From contig CAYMVL010000034.1 of the NCBI GenBank assembly GCA_964394145.1, positions 58,660 through 122,659 on the forward strand: a stretch of DNA of 64,000 nt. Reading direction: 5' to 3'. The translations under genes were made by a program, and so were the position numbers. Below the pieces are notes generated by a model. It saw nothing but the letters and a program-made list of their open reading frames with translations, had not been told where the DNA came from and ran no database searches. Positions 48,442 to 59,259 of the stretch are shown here, piece by piece; position 1 is the first letter of the stretch; every line of letters begins with the position of its first letter. The DNA comes from an uncultured Dehalococcoidales bacterium. Lineage in GTDB: Bacteria > Chloroflexota > Dehalococcoidia > GIF9 > AB-539-J10.

Positions 48442-49731
48442 ATGGCAGTCGTAGCTATCGTAGGAGGCCAATGGGGTGATGAAGGTAAAGGAAGGGTGAT
48501 TGACCTCGTGGCGGAGAAGGCTAGGATGGTGGTTCGTTTTTCAGGTGGGGATAACGCCGGTCATACGGTGGTTAATCCCTATGGTGAATTTCGGCTACAT
48601 CTTATACCTTCGGGCATATTTTACCCTCATATAACCTGTATCATAGGCAATGGCGTAGCTATCAACCCCGCAGTGCTTCTTAGCGAAATGGACGAGCTTC
48701 AAAATCGCGACGTTAACCTGAGTCGCTTGTTCATCAGCAATCGTGCTCATCTTATTATGCCTTATCATACCCTCCTGGACAGGCTGGAGGAGGAGAGGCG
48801 CAGTAAAGGAGCTTTAGGAACTACGGGTAGGGGGATTGGGCCTGTATTTGCTGATAAAGTGGCTCGTTTAGGGATTCGAGCTGGAGATCTATTGAATAAA
48901 GATGTTTTCTTTAGCCGGCTGAAGTCAGCTCTTGAGTTCAAAAATGCTATTGTGACTAAGGTATATGAGGCTTCACCCCTATCATTGGAAGGAATATATG
49001 AACAATACTGCCATTATGGAGAGCAATTAGCACCTTTTATTCGGGAAACTAGCGCTATGGTTTATGAGGCATTAGAGAAGAAGGAGCTGGTGTTACTGGA
49101 AGGTGCTCAGGGGGCGCTGCTGGACCCGGATTTTGGTACCTATCCTTATGTGACCTCGTCTTCACCATTAGCTGGTGCGGGAGCTACAGGGGCAGGCGTT
49201 AGCCCCAGGGCGATAGATCGTATTATCGGTGTATTCAAAGCTTATGTTACCAGGGTTGGCAATGGACCAATGCCCACTGAGCTTAAGGATGAGGTCGGCA
49301 ATTTGATACGGGAAAAGGCTCACGAATACGGTGCTACTACGGGAAGGCCGCGACGTTGTGGTTGGTTTGATGCCGTGGCTGGTCGTTTCAGCGCTCAAAT
49401 AAATGGGTTCAGCAGCATAGCTCTAACTCACCTTGATATTTTTGATGGCTTCCCCTCGATCAAGATATGTATTGCTTACAGATTTGAGGACAGGATTTTG
49501 AATTACTTTCCCAGTGATCCAAACGTTTTAGAGAGATGCCAACCTTTGTATGAGGAACTACCTGGTTGGGAAGCGTCGATAGGTGGAATTCGCAGATTTA
49601 ATAAGCTGCCATCTGAGGCTCGCCACTACATAAGGAAACTTGAAGAACTACTCTCCTGCCCTGTTACTCTTGTTTCGGCTGGGCCAGAGAGGGGGCAAAT
49701 AATAAGAATAAGGCCCCGTATTTCTAGCTAG
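48442..49731 (+). CDS. purA: Adenylosuccinate synthetase
   Basis: QWGDEGKGR P-loop, GGDNAGHTV. Confidence 0.9.
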   Translation: MAVVAIVGGQWGDEGKGRVIDLVAEKARMVVRFSGGDNAGHTVVNPYGEFRLHLIPSGIFYPHITCIIGNGVAINPAVLLSEMDELQNRDVNLSRLFISNRAHLIMPYHTLLDRLEEERRSKGALGTTGRGIGPVFADKVARLGIRAGDLLNKDVFFSRLKSALEFKNAIVTKVYEASPLSLEGIYEQYCHYGEQLAPFIRETSAMVYEALEKKELVLLEGAQGALLDPDFGTYPYVTSSSPLAGAGATGAGVSPRAIDRIIGVFKAYVTRVGNGPMPTELKDEVGNLIREKAHEYGATTGRPRRCGWFDAVAGRFSAQINGFSSIALTHLDIFDGFPSIKICIAYRFEDRILNYFPSDPNVLERCQPLYEELPGWEASIGGIRRFNKLPSEARHYIRKLEELLSCPVTLVSAGPERGQIIRIRPRISS

Positions 49732-50629
49732 TTTTGACCTGAATAGGCAGGTCAATCTTATAGTCTTTCAGCGTTTCTCTGATAATCTCGGCTGATTTTG
49801 CGTCAGGCTCGGTTAACGGCAGACGAGGCTTGCCAACACTGAAACCCAGATGATTTAGAGCATATTTGATGGGCATAGGATTAGGGACGATAAACAAAGC
49901 ATCTATCAGGGGCAATAGATAACGGTGAATGCTGGCTGCCTGCTCTCTTTCGTGGTTAAGGCATTTCTCTATCATGTCCTTAATTTGAATCCCTGTCAGA
50001 TGAGAGGCTACACTGACTACGCCATAACCGCCCAAAGCGATGATAGGCAGGGTTACTATGTCGTCGCCACTGTAAACCAGAAAGTCGTCCTTTGCGCCCT
50101 GTATAATCTTTGATACCTGACCAAGGTTAGCGCTGGCTTCTTTTATGCCAACAATATTATCCACTTGGCTCAGCGTTATTGCCGTATCGGCGGTCATATT
50201 GGTAACCGTTCGTGATGGCACATTATAAATGATACAGGGTAAAGCGGTAGCTTCGGCGATAGCCTTAAAATGCACGATCAAACCTTGTTGGGTGGGACGA
50301 TTATAATACGGAACTACCAAGAGGCAAGCATCAGCACCCAGTCTCTCTGCCTCCTTGGTCAGCTCTTGACTTTCCCTGGTGCTGTAGTTACCCGTTCCAG
50401 CTACTAGCGTTCCGCGGTTACCTATTGCTGACTTTATTTCAGAGAAGAGTCGTAGTTTTTCTTCACGTTTAAGTGTAGGTGATTCCCCTGTAGTGCCGCA
50501 AACTACCAATCCATCGCTGCCGGACTCCAGCAAAGATAAAGCTAAGGTCTTGGCTTGGATGTAGTCAACCTCGCCGTCAGCGGTGAAGGGTGTGACCATA
50601 GCTGTTAACAAGCGCCCTATCTTGTTCAT
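49724..50629 (-). CDS. dapA: 4-hydroxy-tetrahydrodipicolinate synthase
   Basis: TAMVTPF, GTTGE, Schiff-base Lys region. Confidence 0.9.
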   Translation of the reverse strand: MNKIGRLLTAMVTPFTADGEVDYIQAKTLALSLLESGSDGLVVCGTTGESPTLKREEKLRLFSEIKSAIGNRGTLVAGTGNYSTRESQELTKEAERLGADACLLVVPYYNRPTQQGLIVHFKAIAEATALPCIIYNVPSRTVTNMTADTAITLSQVDNIVGIKEASANLGQVSKIIQGAKDDFLVYSGDDIVTLPIIALGGYGVVSVASHLTGIQIKDMIEKCLNHEREQAASIHRYLLPLIDALFIVPNPMPIKYALNHLGFSVGKPRLPLTEPDAKSAEIIRETLKDYKIDLPIQVKTS

Positions 50630-50630
50630 T

Positions 50631-51707
50631 TCAAAGCTCCTGAAATTCGTTAGATGGTGAGCGGGTCAGTGAAAGTCTCAGATTTCTGTTATTACTTATC
50701 CATCCCGTTCTTATCCCTTCCTCGGCAATCTGTACGGCATTTATTGCCGCCCCCCTGTGCAAGTTATCGGCTACTATCCACATAACTAGTCCGTTAGGGT
50801 GAGAGACGTCTTTTCTGATTCTGCCCACAAATATATGTTCTGAGCCAGTAGCTGCCCAGGGTTGGGGGTAGACACTGACGCTGGGATCATCGAGTACTCT
50901 TATTCCAGGCGCTTGAGCTAGTATTTTCCTTGCCTCGTCTGGAGTTATAGGCGCACTGAATTCCACATTCACCGCTTCGCTATGTCCAAAGTAAACAGGG
51001 ACTCTGACACAAGTTGCCGAAATAGCTATGTCCTGGCTATGCATTATCTTTTGTGTTTCCTGTACCAGACTCTGTTCTGACTTGGTATAGCCATTATCCA
51101 GGAAGACATCAATCTCTGGTAACAGGTTGAACGCTATTTGGTGAGAATAGATGTGAGGGCAAACCTGGCGCCCTTCTAGGATTGCCTGTGTCTCGCTCGT
51201 AAGTTCTTTCAAAGCAGCGCCTCCGCTTTGAGAAACTGATTGATACGTGCTCACTACAATTCGTTTGATAGGATTGATTTTATGTAAGGGATAAAGGGCT
51301 ATAGCCAATTGCGTTACACAGCAATTAGGATTCGAGATTATACCTTTGTGGTGTTTGATATCTTCAGGATTCACCTCGGGAACTACTAAAGGGACTGATG
51401 GTTTCAACCTGAAAGCGGAACTATTGTCAATGACTACTGCTCCAGCTTCAGCAGCCAACGGTGACAATCTCCGGCTGGTCTCAGCATCTGCGCAGAAAAA
51501 GGCGACGTCGATATCGTTGAATATCTCCGGTGTGGCTTCCTCGACCTCAATTCCATGGTGGTTGAAAAAGAGTCTGGTGTTTGCAGGGTTGTTAGAATCC
51601 AGCAGCTGAATCGATGCTACCAGGGGACTCCGTTGCTCGAGCACTTTGATAAACTCCTGTCCCAAAAGACCGGTGGCGCCGATGATGGCTACATTGAAAC
51701 CGTTCAT
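50631..51707 (-). CDS. asd: Aspartate-semialdehyde dehydrogenase
   Basis: VAIIGATGLLG; active-site NPNCCVT. Confidence 0.9.
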   Translation of the reverse strand: MNGFNVAIIGATGLLGQEFIKVLEQRSPLVASIQLLDSNNPANTRLFFNHHGIEVEEATPEIFNDIDVAFFCADAETSRRLSPLAAEAGAVVIDNSSAFRLKPSVPLVVPEVNPEDIKHHKGIISNPNCCVTQLAIALYPLHKINPIKRIVVSTYQSVSQSGGAALKELTSETQAILEGRQVCPHIYSHQIAFNLLPEIDVFLDNGYTKSEQSLVQETQKIMHSQDIAISATCVRVPVYFGHSEAVNVEFSAPITPDEARKILAQAPGIRVLDDPSVSVYPQPWAATGSEHIFVGRIRKDVSHPNGLVMWIVADNLHRGAAINAVQIAEEGIRTGWISNNRNLRLSLTRSPSNEFQEL

Positions 51708-51716
51708 AATATTCCC

Positions 51717-52514
51717 CTACAGCTTAATTAAGGAATCCAGCCCATAGATGAACTCCTTGCGTTTTGTTACTTCCTTGATTGCCAGGGCGATTCCAGACAT
51801 ATAGCACTCTCTATTTATGGTTTCATGGCGTAATGTGAGGGTTTCACCGGCCTCACTGAATATGACTTCCTGTCCCGCCATAAATCCTGGTAAGCGCAGG
51901 CTATGAATTGCTATTCCGTCCATTTGTCCGCCCCTGGTATTGTTAATTATTTCCCTTTCAGCTTTGGTGTGAACAAAAGGTTGTCCGCGTGCTTGAGACA
52001 TGGCTTTTGCAGTGGCGATGGCGGTTCCTGAGGGAGCATCAATTTTCTTATCATGGTGCATTTCTATAATCTCAGCGTGATCAAAGAACTTAGCAGCAAG
52101 TCTAGCCAGGTGAATCAGCAGCGATGCTCCCAAAGAGAAATTGGGAGCTACCACAGCTCCTACTTTGTTCGCTTGGCATAGCTGCTCAATTTCTGCCAGA
52201 TCCTTCTCAGAGAGTCCAGTTGTACCTATAACTAAGTTCACCTTGCGGTTAGTAGCGGTGCGAGCTGCAGCCATAGCGGCTTCAGCGTTAGTGAAATCTA
52301 CGAGGACATCCGGATTGCATCTCTTCAGCAAAGTGATTAAATCAGAAGAGAATGGTACTAATTCTCCGGTCTCGGGTAGAGGGAGGTATTGTTGAGTCAC
52401 CTCTTTTTCCGCAGCACCAACTAGCTTCAATTCAGAGTCACGGATTATTGTTTTGGTTACTTCTTGCCCCATCTTGCCTAAAGCGCCATTTATAACTACC
52501 CTTATTCTTTCCAT
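51717..52514 (-). CDS. dapB: 4-hydroxy-tetrahydrodipicolinate reductase
   Basis: RVVINGALGKMG; EIIEMHHDKKIDAPSGTA. Confidence 0.9.
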   Translation of the reverse strand: MERIRVVINGALGKMGQEVTKTIIRDSELKLVGAAEKEVTQQYLPLPETGELVPFSSDLITLLKRCNPDVLVDFTNAEAAMAAARTATNRKVNLVIGTTGLSEKDLAEIEQLCQANKVGAVVAPNFSLGASLLIHLARLAAKFFDHAEIIEMHHDKKIDAPSGTAIATAKAMSQARGQPFVHTKAEREIINNTRGGQMDGIAIHSLRLPGFMAGQEVIFSEAGETLTLRHETINRECYMSGIALAIKEVTKRKEFIYGLDSLIKL

Positions 52515-52584
52515 ATTTCCCTCTCAAATTGCAGGCTCCAAATAAATTCAAATTCCCAAAATAGTAGGGTTCTGAATCCAGTGC

Positions 52585-54768
52585 CTAGGAATTTTCCGTG
52601 CGCGGATGGAAGCGTCGAGGATGCCTTGGTTTTTGTTGTCCTTGGTCTTTTGCGGCTGAGGTAGCGTTTTCCCTGGCGTCAGGTAGCTGAGAGGGCGCCC
52701 CAAATACTGCCTTACGTGACAAGTTTACTCTGCCCAAGTTGTCAATTCCAATAACTTTTACCGATATTTCATCGCCCACTTTAGCTACATCCTCAACTTC
52801 ACGGACGTGGTAGTCAGCTAGCTCGCTGATATGTACCAGGCCCTCCTTCCCAGGCAAAATCTCTACCATAGCACCAAAATTAAGTATTCGTGTTACTCTC
52901 CCAGTATAAACATTCCCGGGTTTCACCTCCTGGGTCAAATCTTCTATCATTTGAATAGCCTTTTGAGCTGCTTCCTCACTTAGAGAGCCAATAACGACAG
53001 TGCCGTCATTCTTAATATCTATGGTTGTTTTTGTCTCGTCTATAATAGACCTGATGGTCTTTCCACCGGGCCCGATGACTGTGCCAATCTTAGCTGTATC
53101 GATAGCTATCTCATGGATCTTAGGGGCGTAGGGGCTTAGTTCAGCGCGGCTGACATCAATGGTCTCATGCATCTTACCCAGTATTCTCATCCGTGCTTGA
53201 CGAGCTTTACTTAGCGCTTCTCCCAAGATTGTGTAGTCCACGCCTTTAAGCTTGATATCAAGCTGCAAAGCAGTAATTCCCTGAGACGTACCGGCAACCT
53301 TGAAATCCATGTCACCGTACGCGTCTTCCATGCCTGCTATGTCGGTCAAAATGACGTGGTCTCCATCTTCTGCAGTAACCAGGCCCATGGCTATGCCAGC
53401 CACAGGCGCTTTAATAGGGACACCTGCATCCATCAGGGAGAGAGTTGACGCACAAGCACTGGCCATAGAGGTGCTGCCATGCGAACTGAGGACTTCAGAC
53501 ACGAGGCGAATAGTGTAGGGAAAATCCTCTTCAGCTGGTAGTATTGGGGCAATAGCTCGTTCGACAAGATTGCCATGCCCGATTTCTCGTCTTCCTGGGG
53601 TGCCTATCCGCTTTACCTCACCGGTAGAAAAGGGAGGAAAATTGTAATGATGAATAAAGCGCTTGGTTTCTACCAGGCCCAGGCCATCCAGTGCTTGCTC
53701 CTGGCGCATAGAGCCCAGAGTGGTGATAGTCAGAACCTGTGTTTCCCCTCGCGAAAACAGTCCTGAGCCGTGGGTACAGGGCAGCAGGCCCACTTCACTA
53801 CTGAGAGGCCGGATTTCGTCCGCCGGGCGACTGTCTATATGCTGCTTTTCCTGCACTATTATCCTCCTCACCTCTTGCTTAAGCTGACTTTCGATAACAA
53901 AATCAGCTTCAGCTTCTGAGAGAGAAGTGCTCAGTTGTTCCTCTGCCTCTTGTTTGAGTGAGGCTAAGGCCTGCTCCTGTTGTAATCTCCCTGGTTGCCT
54001 GACAGCTTGCAGCAGCCTGCCGCCAAACATTGAGGAGACTTGAGTGAAAAATTCGGGAGCAATATCTCTGGATTCGATTTCTATCTTGGGCTGACCATGG
54101 GCTTGCTGTAGCTCTTGTTGTAGTCTAATGATCTCTTGATTGGCCTCATGTCCAAATTTGATCGCTTCCAGAATCAGTTCTTCAGAAATTTCCTTGGCAC
54201 TCGCCTCTGTCATCACTATGGCCTCTTTGGTGCTGGCAACAACGAGGTCGAGCGAGCTATTTTCCATCTCAGGCAAAGTAGGATTCAGGGCTAGGCGGCC
54301 ATCCAGGTAACCAACGTGCACTGCTGACACAGGACCCCAGAATGGGATAGCTGAGATGGTTAAAGCTGCTGATGCGCCAATAAGGGCGCAAACATCAGGG
54401 TCATTCTCTTTATCTACCGAAAGCACGGTAGCTATAATCTGTGTCTCATAACCAAAATCTTTTGAAATAAGAGGGCGCAAACATCGATCGATAAGACGGC
54501 TGGTTATGATCGCCTCCTCGGTCGGTCGTCCCTCGCGTCTTATAAAACTACCTGGTATTTTGCCCGCGGCGTATAGCCTCTCTTCGTAATCCACTGTCAG
54601 TGGCAAGAAATCTCTCTTAGCGGAAGGTTCGGCCTTGGTACACACAGTAGCCAGAACCACTGTATTTCCGTATCGTACAACCGCTGCACCATCAGCTTGC
54701 TGAGCTACCTTTCCTATCTCAACAGCTAGTGTTCGGCCAGCGACGGGGCACTCAAAGACTTTAAACAT
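52585..54768 (-). CDS. pnp: Polyribonucleotide nucleotidyltransferase (PNPase)
   Basis: Two RNase PH domains plus KH and S1. 727 aa. Confidence 0.9.
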   Translation of the reverse strand: MFKVFECPVAGRTLAVEIGKVAQQADGAAVVRYGNTVVLATVCTKAEPSAKRDFLPLTVDYEERLYAAGKIPGSFIRREGRPTEEAIITSRLIDRCLRPLISKDFGYETQIIATVLSVDKENDPDVCALIGASAALTISAIPFWGPVSAVHVGYLDGRLALNPTLPEMENSSLDLVVASTKEAIVMTEASAKEISEELILEAIKFGHEANQEIIRLQQELQQAHGQPKIEIESRDIAPEFFTQVSSMFGGRLLQAVRQPGRLQQEQALASLKQEAEEQLSTSLSEAEADFVIESQLKQEVRRIIVQEKQHIDSRPADEIRPLSSEVGLLPCTHGSGLFSRGETQVLTITTLGSMRQEQALDGLGLVETKRFIHHYNFPPFSTGEVKRIGTPGRREIGHGNLVERAIAPILPAEEDFPYTIRLVSEVLSSHGSTSMASACASTLSLMDAGVPIKAPVAGIAMGLVTAEDGDHVILTDIAGMEDAYGDMDFKVAGTSQGITALQLDIKLKGVDYTILGEALSKARQARMRILGKMHETIDVSRAELSPYAPKIHEIAIDTAKIGTVIGPGGKTIRSIIDETKTTIDIKNDGTVVIGSLSEEAAQKAIQMIEDLTQEVKPGNVYTGRVTRILNFGAMVEILPGKEGLVHISELADYHVREVEDVAKVGDEISVKVIGIDNLGRVNLSRKAVFGAPSQLPDARENATSAAKDQGQQKPRHPRRFHPRTENS

Positions 54769-54769
54769 A

Positions 54770-55027
54770 TTATTTCCGTAGTCCTAATTTGGCAACAAGG
54801 GAGCTATATCGCTGAGGTGCTGTCCTATTCAGATAGGCCAGAAGCCGCCTCTGTTTTCCTAGTACTTTAAGAAGCGAGCGTCGGGAGTGGCCATCATGGC
54901 TGTTTGATTTGAGATGCTCGGTTAGTTGACTTATCCTCTCTGTGAGCAAGGCTACCTGAACCTCAACAGAGCCGGTGTCTCCATCCTTAACCCTAAATTT
55001 GCTAATGATATCTGTTTTGCTTTCCAT
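54770..55027 (-). CDS. rpsO: 30S ribosomal protein S15
   Basis: 85 aa; HDGHSRRSLLKVLGKQRRLLAYL. Confidence 0.9.
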   Translation of the reverse strand: MESKTDIISKFRVKDGDTGSVEVQVALLTERISQLTEHLKSNSHDGHSRRSLLKVLGKQRRLLAYLNRTAPQRYSSLVAKLGLRK

Positions 55028-55144
55028 GTCTAATATATATTACCTTTCAATAGTGTGCTATATGATAACATTATGAGAAATTATTGTATAGAAATTGACC
55101 CAGAAGCTAGGTTACTTTATAATCTAGGGCGAAGGCAACTTTTT

Positions 55145-56554
55145 ATGCACGAAAGTTGCGGTGTTTTTGGAATATACGCTCCAGGACTAGGTATAGCCCG
55201 GCTGATCTTTTTTGCGCTCTTTGCGTTACAGCATCGTGGGCAAGAAAGCGCTGGCATCGCTGTTACCGACGGCAATGAAATAAGAATCCATACCAGTATG
55301 GGTTTGGTTTCACAGGCATTCACCGAAAATCACCTTGCTTCACTCAAAGGGCATATCGGGATTGGGCACAACCGTTACTCTACGACAGGCTCCAGCAAGC
55401 CGCACAATACTCAACCCATAATAGCTAAGTCAGGAGACTTGACTGTTGCTCTGGCCCACAACGGCAATATTCTTAACAGCAAAGCACTCCACGACGAACT
55501 TGAAGAACGGGGCTATGTATTCCATAGCACCACGGATTCCGAAGTCATCGCAAACTTAATACTGGACTCACAGGGGAAGGATTGGGAGGAAAGAGTCAGG
55601 CATGCCATGCATCGCCTCCAAGGTGTTTACTCTCTGACCATTATGACCCCGGAGCAACTCATCGGGGTCCGCGACCCGTTGGGCGTTCGTCCTCTTTGTC
55701 TGGGAAGCATTGATGGTGGTTGGCTGATTGCATCAGAAAGCTGTGCTCTGGATCATATAGGCGCCGAATTTGTTCGGGAGATTGCGCCGGGGGAAATAGT
55801 AGTTATCGATAAGAACGGGCCGAGGAGTTCCCATGTGAAGAGCGATAAGAAGGCCCTGTGCATCTTTGAATATATTTATTTTGCCCGTCCTGATAGCGTC
55901 ATCCAAGGTAAATTGCTTTACCAGGCAAGACAAGCTATGGGCGGGATGTTAGCTCGAGAATACCCTGTCGATGCTGATCTGGTCATGGGCGTTCCTGATT
56001 CGGCTACTGCAGCCAGTATTGGTTATTCCAAAGCTTCGGGTATTCCGTATTGCGAGGGCTTATTGAAAAACCGCTATGTGGGCCGCACCTTTATTGAGCC
56101 CGACCAGAGAATAAGGGAGCTGGGCGTTCAGCTAAAATTTAACCCGCTCTCTAAGATAATTGCGGGGAAGCGATTGGTAGTGGTTGACGACAGTATTGTT
56201 CGTGGTACGACCACTCCGCATGTCGTCAATCTGCTTAAAAAAGCCGGCGCCAAAGAGATTCATTTGCGGATTTGCGCTCCGCCTATTCGGTATCCCTGTT
56301 TCTTCGGTGTTGATATGGCAACCAAGTGGGAACTTATCGCTGCCAGGAAGACTATCCCGGAAATCAGAGAGCACCTCGGTGTTGACACACTGGGCTATCT
56401 GAGCCTTGATGGTCTCATCAAGGCTGTGGACTTGCCCAGAGATATTTTCTGTCTTGCTTGCTTTACTGGGGAATACCCCATTCCGGTACAAATAGAGATG
56501 GACAAATTAGCTTTGGAGCCCCTTCCCCTGAAGGAACTCAGTGAAGTCAAGTAG
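55145..56554 (+). CDS. purF: Amidophosphoribosyltransferase (start placed at MHES-CGVFGIY; the listed ORF starts at 55055)
   Basis: N-terminal nucleophile Cys in CGVFGIY; PRTase motif VVVDDSIVRGTT. Confidence 0.9.
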   Translation: MHESCGVFGIYAPGLGIARLIFFALFALQHRGQESAGIAVTDGNEIRIHTSMGLVSQAFTENHLASLKGHIGIGHNRYSTTGSSKPHNTQPIIAKSGDLTVALAHNGNILNSKALHDELEERGYVFHSTTDSEVIANLILDSQGKDWEERVRHAMHRLQGVYSLTIMTPEQLIGVRDPLGVRPLCLGSIDGGWLIASESCALDHIGAEFVREIAPGEIVVIDKNGPRSSHVKSDKKALCIFEYIYFARPDSVIQGKLLYQARQAMGGMLAREYPVDADLVMGVPDSATAASIGYSKASGIPYCEGLLKNRYVGRTFIEPDQRIRELGVQLKFNPLSKIIAGKRLVVVDDSIVRGTTTPHVVNLLKKAGAKEIHLRICAPPIRYPCFFGVDMATKWELIAARKTIPEIREHLGVDTLGYLSLDGLIKAVDLPRDIFCLACFTGEYPIPVQIEMDKLALEPLPLKELSEVK

Positions 56555-57584
56555 CAGATTAGCTGGATCAAATTATGATGGAACTTATGCTGCCGCCGGC
56601 ATCGATCTCAATACAGGTGATAGTATAAAAAAATCCATCGCCGCTCAAGTAAAGTCTACGTTCAGCTCCAGAGTTCTAAATTTTGGCTCCTTCGGCAGCA
56701 TGTTCCGGCTTGAAGGATATAGTGAGCCAGTCTTAGTCTCGAGCGTTGATGGAGTAGGTACCAAGCTAAAAATCGCTTCTTTATTGGAGAAGAATAACAC
56801 TGTGGGCAAGGATATCGTTAACCACTGTGTTAACGATATCCTTTGCTGTGGAGCCGAGCCACTTTTCTTCCTGGACTATATTGCCATGGACAAACTTGCG
56901 CCCCAGCAAGTGAAGTCTGTTATCACCGGGATGGCGCAAGCTTGCAGGGAAGTTGGTTGCTCGCTAGTTGGTGGTGAGACTGCCGAAATGCCGGGCATCT
57001 ATGCCCAAGGGACTTATGACTTGGTCGGTTTTGTTGTTGGAGTGGTAGAAAAGAAAAATATCATTGATGGTGCCTCTGTAAGTCGGGGCGATATAATTCT
57101 TGGCTTACCTTCATCTGGCCTGCATACGAACGGGTATTCCTTGGTACGAATGGTTTTTGGCATAGATGATAGTACCTCGAGCTTGAATAGGTTTTATCCT
57201 GAGCTAGGGGAGAGCCTGGGTGAAGAACTGCTCAAAATCCATCACTGCTACTATCACGAACTCAAGCCAGTCCTAACGCAAATTAAAGGTTTAGCACATG
57301 TCACTGGCGGGGGCTTCATAGGGAACATACCCCGCATCTTACCTCCGGGCCTTGCTGCACATGTTCGCAAGGGTTCATGGAATGTACTACCTATCTTCAA
57401 GCTAATACAAGAGACTGGCAAAGTAGAAGAAGCAGAAATGTATCGGGTATTCAATATGGGAATAGGCATGGTTATTATTTGTTCACCTCAGCAGTTGACC
57501 GGACTTGCTACTGCCTTGCGTGGAGTTAAGGTTATTGGTGAAATTATCGAGGCAAAAGGTGATACGAAGGTGATAATTGAGTGA
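56541..57584 (+). CDS. purM: Phosphoribosylformylglycinamidine cyclo-ligase
   Basis: GTG start. AIR-synthase motifs VDGVGTK, HVTGGG. Confidence 0.9.
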   Translation: MKSSSRLAGSNYDGTYAAAGIDLNTGDSIKKSIAAQVKSTFSSRVLNFGSFGSMFRLEGYSEPVLVSSVDGVGTKLKIASLLEKNNTVGKDIVNHCVNDILCCGAEPLFFLDYIAMDKLAPQQVKSVITGMAQACREVGCSLVGGETAEMPGIYAQGTYDLVGFVVGVVEKKNIIDGASVSRGDIILGLPSSGLHTNGYSLVRMVFGIDDSTSSLNRFYPELGESLGEELLKIHHCYYHELKPVLTQIKGLAHVTGGGFIGNIPRILPPGLAAHVRKGSWNVLPIFKLIQETGKVEEAEMYRVFNMGIGMVIICSPQQLTGLATALRGVKVIGEIIEAKGDTKVIIE

Positions 57585-57594
57585 AGGAGGAATT

Positions 57595-59133
57595 ATGCGG
57601 GCTATTATAAGCGTTTCGAATAAGTCCGGCGTATCCGATTTTGCGAGGAGCTTGCAGGAGTTGGGCGTCGAAGTCTTTAGCACCGGGGGTACCAAGAAGT
57701 CCCTTGAAGGTTCTGGAATCAAGGTGCATAGCATCTCGGAGCTCACCGGTTTTCCAGAAATACTTGATGGCAGGGTGAAGACTTTGCATCCCGCAGTCCA
57801 CGGTGGCATTCTGGCAAGGCGAGATTTACCTCAGCACTTAGAAGAGCTTAATAGGAGTCATATCGGGACTATTGATATCGTAGTGGTAAACCTCTATCCC
57901 TTTGTCGAGACGGTAAGCAGAGGGAATGTTTCTTTAGACGAGGCTTTGGAGAATATTGACATTGGCGGCCCAACTATGATTCGCTCAGCGGCCAAGAATT
58001 TCCCATCGGTCCTGGTGGTTGTGGATCCCGGGGATTATGGTGCGGTGCTGCAGAAGCTGCGCCAGGGCAGTGTAGATTCAGAATATAGAAAACGCTTAGC
58101 CCAGAAAGCTTTCCAGCATGTAGCTATTTACGACACTGCCATTGCTCAATATCTCAGTGCAGAAACCTTTCCTGAGGAGATGACCATATCCTTGAGAAAG
58201 GCTTGCGACCTGCACTATGGCGAGAACCCGCACCAACGGGCTGCGTTCTATGAGACGCAAGATGTGAAACGGCGACAACATGGGCTGTCCTCCTTGATTC
58301 AACTGGGCGGCCCCGAGGTCTCCTTCAACAATCTACTCGACTTTGATGCCGCGTTGAATGTGCTGAGCAGTTTCACTGCTCCTACTATTGCCATAATGAA
58401 ACATACTAATCCCTGTGGACTGTCCAGTGATGAGAATCTGGCTAAAGCCTATCAAGAAGCCTTGTCAGGTGATCCGGTAGCTGCTTTTGGTGGTGTGGTA
58501 GGCAGCAATCAAATCATAGATTTGGCCACTGCCCGGGAAATAGACAGGAGTCACTATGATGCTATCATTGCCCCCAGATATGAAAATGAGGCCCTGGAGC
58601 TGCTGGGGCGCAAGAAAAACTTGCGCTTGGTAGAAGTGCCTGCTGCCTACTCCAAGTCTGAAGGGGATAGAGAGCCAAGCCTCGAGTTTCGTTACATAGA
58701 GGGAGGTTTTCTGGCTCAAATAGCGGACTTTTTTAGCGAATCAGAGTTCCGGCCTGGCGTAGTAACGCAACGGCAGCCTACAGAAATTGAGCTATCGGAC
58801 TTGTTTTTTGCCTGGAAAGCAGTAAAGAGCATAAAATCTAATGCGATAGTTATAGCCAAGGATAAGACGTTGTTAGGCATGGGAGCGGGCCAGCCTAGCC
58901 GTGTGGTAAGCGTGGAGCTGGCTTTGAAGAAGGCAGGCGACCGGGTCAAGAACAGCGTTCTTGCTTCTGATGCTTTCTTCCCTTTTCCTGATGGTCCTGA
59001 GTTGGCGGCGAAGAGCGGAGTTGTGGCTATTATTCAACCGGGTGGTTCCGTAAAAGACAAAGAGGTGATTGAAATAGCGGATAAGTATAATCTGGCTATG
59101 GTGTTCACAGGTGCACGCCATTTCAGGCACTAA
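57595..59133 (+). CDS. purH: Bifunctional AICAR transformylase / IMP cyclohydrolase (start at ATG after GAAGGAGGA RBS; listed ORF starts at TTG 57577)
   Basis: MRAIISVSNKSG MGS-like N-terminus; 512 aa. Confidence 0.9.
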   Translation: MRAIISVSNKSGVSDFARSLQELGVEVFSTGGTKKSLEGSGIKVHSISELTGFPEILDGRVKTLHPAVHGGILARRDLPQHLEELNRSHIGTIDIVVVNLYPFVETVSRGNVSLDEALENIDIGGPTMIRSAAKNFPSVLVVVDPGDYGAVLQKLRQGSVDSEYRKRLAQKAFQHVAIYDTAIAQYLSAETFPEEMTISLRKACDLHYGENPHQRAAFYETQDVKRRQHGLSSLIQLGGPEVSFNNLLDFDAALNVLSSFTAPTIAIMKHTNPCGLSSDENLAKAYQEALSGDPVAAFGGVVGSNQIIDLATAREIDRSHYDAIIAPRYENEALELLGRKKNLRLVEVPAAYSKSEGDREPSLEFRYIEGGFLAQIADFFSESEFRPGVVTQRQPTEIELSDLFFAWKAVKSIKSNAIVIAKDKTLLGMGAGQPSRVVSVELALKKAGDRVKNSVLASDAFFPFPDGPELAAKSGVVAIIQPGGSVKDKEVIEIADKYNLAMVFTGARHFRH

Positions 59134-59259
59134 GTTCACATGGAGATTTGTAATCCCGGAAGATTCTGCTTGTAAGACTGATGGATAGGAGACCGAGGAG
59201 GCAACGTAGTTAGCTTTGTTGGTTGAGTCTTGATCGAATAGATGTAGTGGGAGAAGGAA